Assembly: GCA_013375475.1 (NCBI GenBank)
Contig: JABXKD010000011.1
Location: 1-61,055, forward strand
Length of the DNA stretch: 61,055 bases
Reading direction: 5' to 3'
Source of the DNA: Promethearchaeota archaeon
GTDB taxonomy: Archaea > Asgardarchaeota > Lokiarchaeia > Sigyniarchaeales > SOKP01
Numbering within the stretch: the first letter of the stretch is position 1; each line of letters begins with the position of its first letter. Below are positions 19,510 through 29,975 of the stretch, in pieces. A model generated the notes under the pieces. It searched no databases, was not told the origin of the DNA, and saw only the letters and a program-made list of their open reading frames with translations. Both the position numbers and the translations under genes were made by a program.

Positions 19510-21501
19510 TTATTTCAAACTTCTAGCAAAAGTTTGAGCGTCTCTCATTGCCACACCTATGTCTTGAGGTTTCTTACAATCCCCAATAAGTACAATTTCT
19601 GGAGCTGCGCCTTCAAACTGCTCCTTTAATCTTTTAGCGTTTGTGATCCTAGCTCCGCAATATATTAAGTTGTCTGCCTGAATGCTAACTTCTTTTTTAT
19701 TTTTATCTAAAAATTTCACAGTGTTATCGTTTACATCTAAAAGTTTTGCTTCTGTATATATGGGTATATTTCTTTCTGTTAATTCTTTAAAAATACCATA
19801 AGATCTTCCCGAGTCACCATCTCCCCGCAATATTTGAGCAGTTCCTAATTCTGGACCAACAAGCGCTTTCACATTATATCCTTGGCTATCTAAAGTAATA
19901 GCAGTTTCTGATCCTCCCCTCCAATATGTATCTAAACCCCATACTATTAAATTTTTACCTAGAGGTTTTGTTTTTAAAATTGCCTCATCTTGATTTATTA
20001 CATTAGCCTTGTCTTTCAAATTTACGGGAATGGTAGCATCTGAGCCAGTTGCTAGAACTAAAATATCTGGTTTTAAGCCATCAATTTGTTCTCTTGTTAA
20101 ATCTCGATTTAGATGTATAGGCACACCTAATTTATTTAATTGGTGTTCTAAATACTTAACTATATTCATGAAGTCTTCTTTTTTATATTCAGATGCAACA
20201 AGAGGGATCAGTCCTCCGATTTTGTTAGACTTCTCGTATATTTCTACTTCATGACCCCTTAATTTAGCTACCCTCCCCGCTTCCATTCCAGCTACACCGG
20301 CTCCTAATATTACTATTTTTTTAAGTTCTATCGAAGGTTTGAGTTCTTGATATTTAGCACCACTATAATCATCGTATATACAAACTCCGTTTCTGCATCC
20401 TTGTAAACAACCAATACAATATTTAATTTCGTCAATTCGTCCGCTAAAATACTTGTTAGGCGTCTCAGGATCACATAATAACTGCCGTCCCATGTATATA
20501 ATGTCAGCTTTGCCTTGCTGAATAAATTTGTCTGCCATTCTAGGATCAATAATTCTACCAACTCCTATGACAGGAATATTAACTACTTCTTTAATAGCTT
20601 CGGCAAAGTGAATATAACCCCCATGATCAACATAAGTTGGCACCTCAATACCGTCCGGAGAACGAATTATTATACCTTGAGTGATATCAAGACAATCTGC
20701 TCCGCCCTTCTCTAAAATTTGAGCGATTTCTATCCCATCTTTAATGTTATTTGCGTCATCTAAGAGTTCATCAGCAGAAAATCTCACAAAAATTGGAAAT
20801 TTTTCACCTACAGCTTTCCTCATTTTTCCAATTGTCTCGACCAAAAATCGACATCGATTTTCTACTGTTCCTCCATATTCATCAGACCTCCTATTATAAA
20901 ACCGCGATAAAAACGCTGAAAATAACATACCATGACCAGAATGTATATCAATGTAATCAAATCCCGCATCTTTTACTCTCACTGCCCCTTGAGCTAATTT
21001 CTCTTCAATTTCGGCAATTTCCTCAATATTCAACTCATGGATTCCAGAACCAAGCTTTTTTAGGCGATCCGCAAACCCAGGTACCATTGAACTCTGTGCT
21101 GAAGTTGCTTCTACGGGATCTAGAACTGAAGGACCGCTGGTTATCATCTGCATATTCATAAATCCACTAAACATCAGAGCTATTATTCCCCCATAACCCA
21201 TTTGCATTCCTATCTTAGCGTGATATTCGTGGATCTTGTCAGTAAGTTTTTTATATTTTCGGACCTCCTTTTCGGTTCCTATATGTGCCATACTAGCACT
21301 TATTACTAAGGGAGGGTCGGGATTCGTGTTTTCATAAGTAATTAATCCTGCTCCTCCACGAGCTTTATCTTCATATATGCGAAGCGAGCCACTAGTTGGA
21401 GCACCATTTCGATTAGATGAAAATGATAACATGGGTGGAAAACCTAACCTATTTTTAAATACAACATCTCTAATTGTGATTGGATCACTCAATTTTACCA
21501 T
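19510..21501 (-). CDS. NADH:flavin oxidoreductase (OYE barrel + Fe-S + FAD/NAD domain), FadH/BaiH-like
   Basis: ARGGAGLI, HSGHGML, NRRSDEYGG, CIGCLQGC, GAGVAGMEA, IGDC. Confidence 0.9.
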   Translation of the reverse strand: MVKLSDPITIRDVVFKNRLGFPPMLSFSSNRNGAPTSGSLRIYEDKARGGAGLITYENTNPDPPLVISASMAHIGTEKEVRKYKKLTDKIHEYHAKIGMQMGYGGIIALMFSGFMNMQMITSGPSVLDPVEATSAQSSMVPGFADRLKKLGSGIHELNIEEIAEIEEKLAQGAVRVKDAGFDYIDIHSGHGMLFSAFLSRFYNRRSDEYGGTVENRCRFLVETIGKMRKAVGEKFPIFVRFSADELLDDANNIKDGIEIAQILEKGGADCLDITQGIIIRSPDGIEVPTYVDHGGYIHFAEAIKEVVNIPVIGVGRIIDPRMADKFIQQGKADIIYMGRQLLCDPETPNKYFSGRIDEIKYCIGCLQGCRNGVCIYDDYSGAKYQELKPSIELKKIVILGAGVAGMEAGRVAKLRGHEVEIYEKSNKIGGLIPLVASEYKKEDFMNIVKYLEHQLNKLGVPIHLNRDLTREQIDGLKPDILVLATGSDATIPVNLKDKANVINQDEAILKTKPLGKNLIVWGLDTYWRGGSETAITLDSQGYNVKALVGPELGTAQILRGDGDSGRSYGIFKELTERNIPIYTEAKLLDVNDNTVKFLDKNKKEVSIQADNLIYCGARITNAKRLKEQFEGAAPEIVLIGDCKKPQDIGVAMRDAQTFARSLK

Positions 21502-21558
21502 TCTTATTATCCCATTTTTCCTTTTTATTAAATTTTTATATATTTATTAAAAAAAAAA

Positions 21559-22764
21559 TTAATTTAAAGCTTGTTCTACTAACTCCATCAGATCTACCAT
21601 TTTTATATTGGAATTAAGTGCTTCTATTGCATCAGCTAAGTTTCTATAGCAGAAAGGGCAAATACTTACTAAGTTATCTGCGCCTGTTTCCTCAGCTTCC
21701 TTTATTCTACTCTTAGCAATTTCTAGAGCCAACTCAGAAAACCCTTTTTTTAGTCCTCCACCAGCTCCGCAACAGTTTGCACTTTGCTTAATTGTTTTCA
21801 TCTCAGTTATATTCGCAATTTTGTTCAATATCTCTCTCGGTTCTTCATAGAGACCCATATGTCGTCCTGTATGACATGGATCATGGTACGTCGTATTTAA
21901 TTCTAAATTTTTTAACTTTACATTGTTTTCCTTTACATATTGGTTTAAGAATTCAATCGTATGATAGACTGTAATTCCTAACTCTTTCATATAATCAGCA
22001 TAATCTTTCTTTAAAGTTCTATAACAACCTGCGCAACTTGTAATTATAGATTTCACTCCACTTTTCTTAAACATTTCATAATTCTTCGTTGCAACCGAAT
22101 TAAAGGCTTTAAGGTCTCCTGTTCTCTTTCCAACGCTTCCACAACACACTTCATGTTCTCCGAAAACAGAAAAGTCTATACCTAATTTATTTAGAATATT
22201 GGCTGTATTTAATGCTACCTTCTCAATATCTGGAGTTAAAGCAGCTGTACATCCTACAAAATAAAGAAAATCTGCTTGTTCGGTATTAGCATCTTTTACT
22301 TTGAAATCTAGCTTTTCTAACCATTTATTTTTAAGCTTGTTGTCTCTTTCATAAGGGTTTAAGAGCTCAACCATCGCTTTATTCATCGGAATATGTACTT
22401 CTAATCCATACCCTGCATCAACTAATTCAGCCCGCAAAGCTTCATAAAGAGCAACGTTATCCATATCGTAAGCACACGCTTCTGAGCATGCGTTGCATGT
22501 AGGGCACTGGAATATAACATCTGCCATGTCCTTGCTTAGTTTTAATTTTCCTTGCCAGAGCGATCGAATTATTTGCATTTTTCCCCTACTAAAAAAAGGT
22601 TCAAATCCCGATGTATGATCTCTTGCTACACATACGCCCCACTTTTGCGGATTCGCCGTGTAATCAGTTTGTTCTCTGCAATCACCGCACGAAATACACT
22701 GCAATACGCTTGGACCAATATTAGCTAAGCGTTTAAATTTTTCTTCCGGTTTGTTTTCAGTCAT
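21559..22764 (-). CDS. Fe-S oxidoreductase with CCG domains (GlcF/HdrD-like)
   Basis: CISCGDC, CPTCNAC..CA, FVGC, VCCG, YHDPC, NCCGAGGG, CPFC. Confidence 0.9.
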   Translation of the reverse strand: MTENKPEEKFKRLANIGPSVLQCISCGDCREQTDYTANPQKWGVCVARDHTSGFEPFFSRGKMQIIRSLWQGKLKLSKDMADVIFQCPTCNACSEACAYDMDNVALYEALRAELVDAGYGLEVHIPMNKAMVELLNPYERDNKLKNKWLEKLDFKVKDANTEQADFLYFVGCTAALTPDIEKVALNTANILNKLGIDFSVFGEHEVCCGSVGKRTGDLKAFNSVATKNYEMFKKSGVKSIITSCAGCYRTLKKDYADYMKELGITVYHTIEFLNQYVKENNVKLKNLELNTTYHDPCHTGRHMGLYEEPREILNKIANITEMKTIKQSANCCGAGGGLKKGFSELALEIAKSRIKEAEETGADNLVSICPFCYRNLADAIEALNSNIKMVDLMELVEQALN

Positions 22765-22773
22765 TTTTCTTAC

Positions 22774-24318
22774 CTACTCCTCATCTTTTACTATGTATTT
22801 AGCCATATCGTCTTCATAGCTATACATGTGAAATTTATTTGGACTCAATAGAAAGTTTGGATCCACTGCTTTTTTCATGTCTTTAAAAAATTGCCTATAT
22901 TCCGGTGTAAATGCGTCTGCTTCCACAATTGACTGTGAAATCGATTCACCAAGCCAGTAATGAACTGCGCCATAACGGACCTGATATCTGGTTTTCTTAT
23001 GCCACATTTTCATGTTCTGTTCTCGCATTTCATCCACATTATTCCCCGTAAAACCTCCTAATACTACAAAGTTCCCATTAGGTAGAAAATATTGCATTGC
23101 AGCGAATGTTCCGGGAGGTAACGCATTTCCTTCGGGAAAATGATCTTTATTCTGTATATCAAAGTCAAGGATCTTTTTATGTATATTCCCCATGTGTGAA
23201 ATGGGTATTTTATGGCATGTAACCATTGTGATATTTGCGGGTGTAGCGGATATTGATGCTTGGAAAAAATGAAATTGACTTTTTAGATCATATTTCCATG
23301 CTGATCCTTCCGCAGCTGCTGGTGGTTTAGGAAGGGGGGTCGTAATGTTATCTTTTGTCATAATCTTCTCGAGATGTTCGAGATGAACATCCAAAATCCG
23401 TTGATCTGTTGCTTCTAAGGTCGTCTGGATTAATGGTCCTTTTATCCTTATTTTTTTACCCTCTGGTGTTCTTAAATCACCTGCGGTCATTTGTACGAGT
23501 ATTTGAGGTAAAACCATTAAATCGCGTAATCCATCTCCAATATCGTTCCTAATGCTATGTGCTATTTTAAATATGTTATTATAATCACCATTTTTAAGAA
23601 GATAACTTCTGCTTGCTTTAAATGGAGGATCTGGCCATATTCTTAGGTAAGCTTTGGTTTTAATTCCCATCGTACCAACGTCGCCCATAAAAAGCCCAGT
23701 AAAATCAGGAGATAAACCATATCGGCAAAAGGGTTTAGCATATTTACTTGCTGCGGCTCCAGTTTTAATGATGGTTCCTTGAGGATTAGGTAAAACTACC
23801 TCAACACCTAAGCAGATATCAGGAACTAAACCATATTTAGTTGATCCTCCTCCTGCAGTGCTATTTGAAAGACCTCCTCCAATCGTTGCGGCATATCCAC
23901 TTCCTGGACCAATGGTGCCTGTTGTATAACCCATAGGATGAAGTTGTGATACCAAATCCCCCCAAGTAATACCACACTCAACTATTATATAATAATCATC
24001 CGTATTTACTTCCAAAATTTTGTTCATCCGTGTAAGATCTAAAAGAATTCCTCCTTCAGTGACAGATCCTCCAACGAGATCAGCGCCACCACCTCTTGGA
24101 ACTATAGGAATCTTATATTTATTGGCAATCTTCACTATGTCCGAAACTTCTTCTGTAGTTTCTGGTCTTACAATTATATCAGCCCATCTATCTGGAAAAG
24201 CGGGGTCCACATTTCTTGAATATGCTGCCTTCATAAAATCCTTATCAGTTATATAATCAGATCCAAGGACAGCCTCAATTTCTTTATAAGCCTCTTTAAC
24301 TTTTGACATTTTAATCAT
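22774..24318 (-). CDS. FAD-binding oxidoreductase (GlcD/VAO-type FAD_binding_4)
   Basis: PETTEEVS, PRGGG, ATIGG, KYG, GTMGIKT; 9 nt upstream of the GlcF-like gene. Confidence 0.9.
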   Translation of the reverse strand: MIKMSKVKEAYKEIEAVLGSDYITDKDFMKAAYSRNVDPAFPDRWADIIVRPETTEEVSDIVKIANKYKIPIVPRGGGADLVGGSVTEGGILLDLTRMNKILEVNTDDYYIIVECGITWGDLVSQLHPMGYTTGTIGPGSGYAATIGGGLSNSTAGGGSTKYGLVPDICLGVEVVLPNPQGTIIKTGAAASKYAKPFCRYGLSPDFTGLFMGDVGTMGIKTKAYLRIWPDPPFKASRSYLLKNGDYNNIFKIAHSIRNDIGDGLRDLMVLPQILVQMTAGDLRTPEGKKIRIKGPLIQTTLEATDQRILDVHLEHLEKIMTKDNITTPLPKPPAAAEGSAWKYDLKSQFHFFQASISATPANITMVTCHKIPISHMGNIHKKILDFDIQNKDHFPEGNALPPGTFAAMQYFLPNGNFVVLGGFTGNNVDEMREQNMKMWHKKTRYQVRYGAVHYWLGESISQSIVEADAFTPEYRQFFKDMKKAVDPNFLLSPNKFHMYSYEDDMAKYIVKDEE

Positions 24319-24337
24319 GGTTTTTTTATTTTATATT

Positions 24338-24354
24338 GATATACTATGTCTATT
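24338..24354. promoter_or_regulatory. Candidate TetR-type operator (minus strand AATAGAC-ata-GTATATC), just downstream of a TTTATAAA box for the glcD-like operon
   Basis: Near-perfect 17-bp palindrome between TATA box and start codon. Confidence 0.45.
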
Positions 24355-24450
24355 AAATTTATAAAAGTTTTTTAATCCTTTTCTTATAGTGCAATTATAT
24401 TCTACATATGATAATTTTTTAAATTTGATTCGAGCAATTTCTAAAAGTTT

Positions 24451-26199
24451 GTGCATAATTTATCGAATGAAGTGAAAACTATGTCAGAGACTAGAATGAT
24501 ACATGGAGGAGATGTCTTAATTAAATGTCTCCTCAAAGAAAATGTAAAGTATATGTTTGGAATTGTCGGTGGTCAATTCCTCCCGATGTTCGATGCAGTT
24601 TATAAATGGGGTAGAGAACAAGGAATAAACACGGTTATGTTTCGTCACGAACAAGTTGCAGCCCACGCAGCAGATGCGTATGCAAGGGTAACTAATGCAC
24701 CAGGAGTTTGTTTTGGAACCGTTGGTCCAAGAGCATTACATCTCGTACCAGGAGTAGGGGCAGCGTGGAGTGATAACATTCCAGTGATCGCAATAGTGCC
24801 ACAAGTAAGTAGTACGCAAGAGGATTCTTTTGTTCTTCAAGGCAATTTAGACCAAATTACTATGTTCAAACCAATCACTAAGTACCAGAAAACTGTTAGA
24901 AAAATAGAGGAAATTCCAAACGCAGTACAAAAAATTTTTCGGGAGGTTATGGGAGGGCGTCCACGACCAGTACTTTTGGAAATTTTTGTAGATGCTTTTT
25001 TTGAAAAAATCGAAGAGAATAAACTACCTATTATTGCGTCAGATCAATATAGAGCTATAGCAAAACCTACTGTTGATCAAGAATCAATAAAAAAATCGGT
25101 AGATCTCCTATTATCAGCCGAAAAACCTTTAATAGTTTCCGGTGGGGGAGTTCTAAGAGCTGAAGCATGGAGCGAATTACAAGAACTAGCAGAATACCTA
25201 CAAATTCCCGTAATGACAAGCATTACTGGAGTAGGATCTATCTCAAATCAATCGCATTGTTTTCTTGGGACATCAATAGGAAGCGCAACATATCAAGCAA
25301 CAACGAGTGCAGATGTAATTTTAGCGCTTGGCACTAAATTTTCGTTTACGTTGGCACTAGGAAAAGCTCCAGTTTGGAAAGACTCTCAAAAATTAATTCA
25401 TGTTGATATCGATCCCTCTATAATTGGAAGGTCAAAACCGATAACGCTCGGAATCGTCGCGGATTGCAAGCAATTTTTATTGCAACTACTTGAAGAGGTC
25501 AAGAAAACTAAAAAAGTTGAAAAAAGAGAGTGGTTAGAAAATCTCGTTATTGAAAAACAGAAAAAACTATCAATTTTCACGAAAAAAGCTTCTAAAGATA
25601 CAATACCTATCGTTCCCCAAAGGTTGGTTAAAGAAGTATATGAATTTATAGATGAGGATGCTATTCTGATTAACGATGGTGGAGACATTACATACTTCGC
25701 AACAGAAGCAATAAATATGTATAACGAACGAAAACCCTTATCTACTCTTCAAGCTATTGGTATGGGGCATCTTGGAACGTCTATAGGATACGGAATTGGA
25801 GCAAAGTTAGGTAAACCGAATAAGCAAGTCATTTCAATCTCCGGAGATGGAAGTTTTATGATAAACATCCAAGATTTAGAAACAGCTGTAAGATTAGGGT
25901 TAAAGAATCTAATATTCGTCGTAGCAAATAATGGATGTTGGGGTAATATAAAAAGTGGTCAGAAATTAGCTTTCAAAGAACGTTATATTGATGTGGACTT
26001 ACCTGACTGTGATTATGCAAAAATAGCGGAAAGTTTTGGATGCTACGGCGAAGAGGTTACTGATCCTAATGAAATCAATCCCGCATTGAAAATTGCAAAG
26101 AATTCGGGCAAACCTGCTGTTATTGATGTAAAAACTAAGTTTGAAATCCCTGATTTGGTAAAACTTGAATGGGCAGGCGCAAAGGATTTTACAGAGTAG
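24451..26199 (+). CDS. Thiamine-diphosphate-dependent enzyme (acetolactate synthase/2-hydroxyacyl-CoA lyase family)
   Basis: FRHEQ catalytic Glu, GDGSF...NN ThDP motif; GPR instead of the usual GPG; likely ATG at 24481. Confidence 0.9.
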   Translation: MHNLSNEVKTMSETRMIHGGDVLIKCLLKENVKYMFGIVGGQFLPMFDAVYKWGREQGINTVMFRHEQVAAHAADAYARVTNAPGVCFGTVGPRALHLVPGVGAAWSDNIPVIAIVPQVSSTQEDSFVLQGNLDQITMFKPITKYQKTVRKIEEIPNAVQKIFREVMGGRPRPVLLEIFVDAFFEKIEENKLPIIASDQYRAIAKPTVDQESIKKSVDLLLSAEKPLIVSGGGVLRAEAWSELQELAEYLQIPVMTSITGVGSISNQSHCFLGTSIGSATYQATTSADVILALGTKFSFTLALGKAPVWKDSQKLIHVDIDPSIIGRSKPITLGIVADCKQFLLQLLEEVKKTKKVEKREWLENLVIEKQKKLSIFTKKASKDTIPIVPQRLVKEVYEFIDEDAILINDGGDITYFATEAINMYNERKPLSTLQAIGMGHLGTSIGYGIGAKLGKPNKQVISISGDGSFMINIQDLETAVRLGLKNLIFVVANNGCWGNIKSGQKLAFKERYIDVDLPDCDYAKIAESFGCYGEEVTDPNEINPALKIAKNSGKPAVIDVKTKFEIPDLVKLEWAGAKDFTE

Positions 26200-26254
26200 A
26201 CTCAGATTTATTATTCAATATGTGTTTAATTACTCATAAAAATTTTTAATAACC

Positions 26255-27757
26255 ATGACGAGAAAAGTTGAAATACAAGGGTTTTGTCAACCTAGATTTA
26301 AAGCCGTGAAAGATGTTTTTTCAAGAAACTTTGAAGAAGGGATGGAACTTGGAGCGAGCTTTGCCGTTATGATTAACGGTGAGTATGTAATAGATATCTG
26401 GGGAGGCTACAAAGATATGAACAAAACCCAACCTTGGGAAAAAGATACCATCTGTAATGTGTATAGCACAACTAAAGTTCCGACAGTACTATGTACCATG
26501 ATGTGCGTAGATCGAGGTCTCTTAGATTTAGACGAAAAAGTAGCGAAATACTGGCCGGAGTTTGCACAAAATGGTAAAGAAAATATTATAGTACGACAAC
26601 TTTTAAGTCATACCTCTGGTTTAGCAGGAATAGAAAAACCAATCCCTTCGAGCGTTTGGTATGATTGGGATAAAATAATTAGCCTTTTAGCGGCTCAGAA
26701 GCCATGGTGGGAACCAGGTAATAAATCGGGTTATCATTCTGCTACCCAAGGATATTTGTTAGGAGAATTGGTTAGAAGAGTTACTGGAAAGACTCTTGGA
26801 ACATTTTTTAAGGAAGAAGTAGCAGATCGCCTCAAAATCGATTTTCACATCGGATTGGCAGAAGAACACGTTCCGCGTGTTACTAAATTAATCTCTGATG
26901 GTCCTATTATAAATGATTTGTTCCTTCTTATGAAAAGAGTTTTTGAGATTGGAAATAATTCAGAAGTCGTTAAAAATGAAATTACTACTTTAAACAAAAA
27001 TGTAATGCTTGATTTTGGAAATAAAGATCAATTTTCTGTTATAATTTCAAATGGTATAATCAAGTTTAAAAGGGGGAAAATTAAATATCCCGATTGTAGC
27101 TTTATTACTTCAAAGGATCGAGCCAGGACAATGAATTGGATATTTTCCAAAGTAAATGATGAACCAGAATATATCTCTAAATATTTGAAAATGAAAGGTA
27201 AACCTGAAGATTTGAACCAAATTAAGGTGCTTTTTGAATTAATTGCTTTAGAAGCGCGGAAATTACGATCCGTAGGAATTAAAATGGGTTTGAATGGGAG
27301 GATACGAGACTATTCTGGGGATCGTGCATGGCAAGCAGCAGAAATGCCCGCTTCTAACGGTCATGGTAATGCGAGATCTGTAGCAAAAATAGCGTCTATA
27401 ATTGCGTGTGAAGGAGAACTTGATGGTATAAGAATTATATCTCAAGAAACGTTAGAAAAAATCCTTGAAGAACAGATTTTCGGTAGGGATCTTGTATTGG
27501 CTTATACTATTCGATGGGGTTTAGGGGTGGGCTTACCATTCAAAGAACGTCCACGCCCGAATCCCAGGACATGTTTTTGGGGAGGGATGGGTGGATCAGC
27601 TATACAAATGGATTTAGATGCACACATTGGGATAGGTTATGTCATGAATCAGATGAGGACTCAAACTTTACAAGAAACAAAAGATAATAAATATCATTCT
27701 GATACAAGAGGTAATAGACTAATTACTGCTGTTTTAGAATCATTAGATTTAATCTAA
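26255..27757 (+). CDS. Beta-lactamase-fold serine hydrolase (family VIII esterase-like) with an internal SCP2-like insertion
   Basis: STTK (SxxK), LLSHTSG, GYH, WGGMGG; about 120 extra aa at residues ~218-337. Confidence 0.88.
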   Translation: MTRKVEIQGFCQPRFKAVKDVFSRNFEEGMELGASFAVMINGEYVIDIWGGYKDMNKTQPWEKDTICNVYSTTKVPTVLCTMMCVDRGLLDLDEKVAKYWPEFAQNGKENIIVRQLLSHTSGLAGIEKPIPSSVWYDWDKIISLLAAQKPWWEPGNKSGYHSATQGYLLGELVRRVTGKTLGTFFKEEVADRLKIDFHIGLAEEHVPRVTKLISDGPIINDLFLLMKRVFEIGNNSEVVKNEITTLNKNVMLDFGNKDQFSVIISNGIIKFKRGKIKYPDCSFITSKDRARTMNWIFSKVNDEPEYISKYLKMKGKPEDLNQIKVLFELIALEARKLRSVGIKMGLNGRIRDYSGDRAWQAAEMPASNGHGNARSVAKIASIIACEGELDGIRIISQETLEKILEEQIFGRDLVLAYTIRWGLGVGLPFKERPRPNPRTCFWGGMGGSAIQMDLDAHIGIGYVMNQMRTQTLQETKDNKYHSDTRGNRLITAVLESLDLI

Positions 27758-27838
27758 ATTATTCCTCATCTAAAGAAAAATCTTTATACTAAATGAAATA
27801 ACTTATTTTAATAATATATAAAAAAGAGTGAATAGATT

Positions 27839-29857
27839 ATGAAATTTATAAAATTGTTTGAACCAATAGAGATTAAGAATATCGAAATTAGAAATAGAAT
27901 CGTTATGCCTGCAATGGCATTGAATTTTTCTCGTGATGGCGGAATAAATGATACAATAGTTAATTTTTATGTAGAGAGAGCAAAAGGTGGGACGGGTTTA
28001 ATAATTATTGGAGGTGCAGGCGTAGAACCGAGAGGTGGAGGTCCAACGATGTTTGCTATTCATGATGACAAATATATTCCAGGCTATACCCGATTCGCCG
28101 AACAAATGCACAAACATGGTGCTAAAACAATAGTCCAACTATACCATGCGGGAGCTTACTCCGGAATGCCTGACATGGTATCCTCTTCAGCTGTGATGTC
28201 AAATCTTACAAGAAGAGTTCCAAAGGAATTAACCATTGATGAAATTAAAGTTGTTCAAGAAAATCATGCTAAAGCTGCCGAACGTGCAAGAGAAGCTGGA
28301 TTTGATGGAGTAGAATTACTAGGAAGTGCAGGATACCTTATAAATCAATTTTTAAGTCCGGTAACAAATAAGAGAACTGATGAATATGGTGGATCCTTGG
28401 AAAATAGATTACGCTATCCCCTAGAATTGATAAAGCTTGTCAAAGAAAGAGTTGGTAAAGATATCATCGTGGGAATGCGAGTTGCTGGGGATGATTTTGT
28501 ACCTGGCTCAAACACCTATAAAGAAAGTGCAATCTTCGCTAAGCATTACGCAGATGCAGGGATTGATTACATTAATGTTACAGGAGGATGGCACGAGACA
28601 AGGATTCCTCAGATTCCTATGATGGTTCCTCAGGGCGCTTATGCATATTTGGCTGAAAATATCAGAAATAATGTTGATATTCCAGTCTTTTCCAGCAACA
28701 GAATAAATAGTCCAATTGTAGCAGAACAAATATTAAGAGATCAGATGGCAGACGCAGTATGTATGGGAAGGGCGTTAATCGCAGATCCGTATTTACCCTT
28801 AAAATCAAAAGAAAATAAGCTCTGGGATATCCGAAAATGCGTAGGGTGTAATCAAGGCTGCTTTGATCATATTTTTACAGGACGGTCAGTCGAATGCATG
28901 AGAAATTATGAAGTCTCCAGAGAAGGAAAAATAGATCTTAATAAAAAATCAGATAATCCTCAAAAGGTTTTGATAATTGGGGCCGGACCAGGGGGATTAG
29001 AGGCAGCTCGCGTAGCGAAACTACTTGGTCATGATGTCACTATCATAGAAAAGAATCATGTTATAGGAGGTCAAGCTAGTTATTCATGGGTGCCACCAGG
29101 AAGGAATGATATTAAGGATATCATGGATTATTATCGTGGTCAGATTGAACATCTAAATATAGAAACTAAGTTAGGTACCGAAGCAACAACAGAATTAATC
29201 AACAAATATCAACCCGATGCGGTTATTTTCGCTACAGGGGTTAAATACACGATTCCTAATATAGATGGGATTGATGGGAGTTTTGGGAGCGAAATCTTTT
29301 TAGTGGAACAAATTCTTAAAGGAGAATATCCAATAGGTAAAAATATTGTTGTTGTTGGTGGTTCAGCCACGGGTATGGAAACCGCTATTTGGGCTGCCGA
29401 ATTAGGATCCTTAAGTTCTGAGGTAGCAAAATTCATTAGTTTTTATGATTTACTACCTCGAGAAGAAATTTTTAAACGGTGGATGCGTGGAAATAGAAAT
29501 GTTACAATTATTGATATGCTCCCAAAATTAGGGATGAGTATAGGGAGAACAACACGCGGATTTTTAATAGGACAACTTAAAAAGTTGGGAATCGCTACAA
29601 TCCTCAATACTACTATTAAGAAATTTGAAGGAAGAACTCTAGAATACGAACAGGAGGGTGAATCTAAGATGTTGGAAAACATTGATACTTTTATACTTGC
29701 AACAGGTGTTGAACCAAATGATTCACTATTCAATAAAGTAAAAGAGTCAAATCCATCTTTCAAGTTATTTAAAGTAGGAGATTGCAAAAAACCGCGAACT
29801 ATGTTGGAAGCAATACATGAAGGTTTTATAGCTGCCTATGAGCTTGATAATAAATAA
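27839..29857 (+). CDS. fadH: 2,4-dienoyl-CoA reductase (FadH-like; FMN, 4Fe-4S, FAD)
   Basis: GSAGYLINQF, TGGWHETRIP, CVGCNQGC-X11-C, GAGPGGLEAA. Confidence 0.85.
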   Translation: MKFIKLFEPIEIKNIEIRNRIVMPAMALNFSRDGGINDTIVNFYVERAKGGTGLIIIGGAGVEPRGGGPTMFAIHDDKYIPGYTRFAEQMHKHGAKTIVQLYHAGAYSGMPDMVSSSAVMSNLTRRVPKELTIDEIKVVQENHAKAAERAREAGFDGVELLGSAGYLINQFLSPVTNKRTDEYGGSLENRLRYPLELIKLVKERVGKDIIVGMRVAGDDFVPGSNTYKESAIFAKHYADAGIDYINVTGGWHETRIPQIPMMVPQGAYAYLAENIRNNVDIPVFSSNRINSPIVAEQILRDQMADAVCMGRALIADPYLPLKSKENKLWDIRKCVGCNQGCFDHIFTGRSVECMRNYEVSREGKIDLNKKSDNPQKVLIIGAGPGGLEAARVAKLLGHDVTIIEKNHVIGGQASYSWVPPGRNDIKDIMDYYRGQIEHLNIETKLGTEATTELINKYQPDAVIFATGVKYTIPNIDGIDGSFGSEIFLVEQILKGEYPIGKNIVVVGGSATGMETAIWAAELGSLSSEVAKFISFYDLLPREEIFKRWMRGNRNVTIIDMLPKLGMSIGRTTRGFLIGQLKKLGIATILNTTIKKFEGRTLEYEQEGESKMLENIDTFILATGVEPNDSLFNKVKESNPSFKLFKVGDCKKPRTMLEAIHEGFIAAYELDNK

Positions 29858-29931
29858 ATCTATTTTCCCTTAATTTTTTTTAAGTTTTACTTCAATTCAC
29901 AATTTTTTAATAATAAATTCGTATTAATATA

Positions 29932-29948
29932 AATATACAGTTTATATT
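29932..29948. promoter_or_regulatory. Candidate TetR-type operator (AATATAC-agt-TTATATT) overlapping the TATA box of the nitronate monooxygenase-like gene
   Basis: One mismatch from the copy in front of tetR (31140-31156). Confidence 0.5.
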
Positions 29949-29975
29949 AACCTAAATATTTGTTAAATAAAAAAA

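Noticed and set aside
26255-27757. Antibiotic-resistance beta-lactamase
   Set aside because: Motifs (LLSHTSG, WGG) and context fit a family VIII-like esterase
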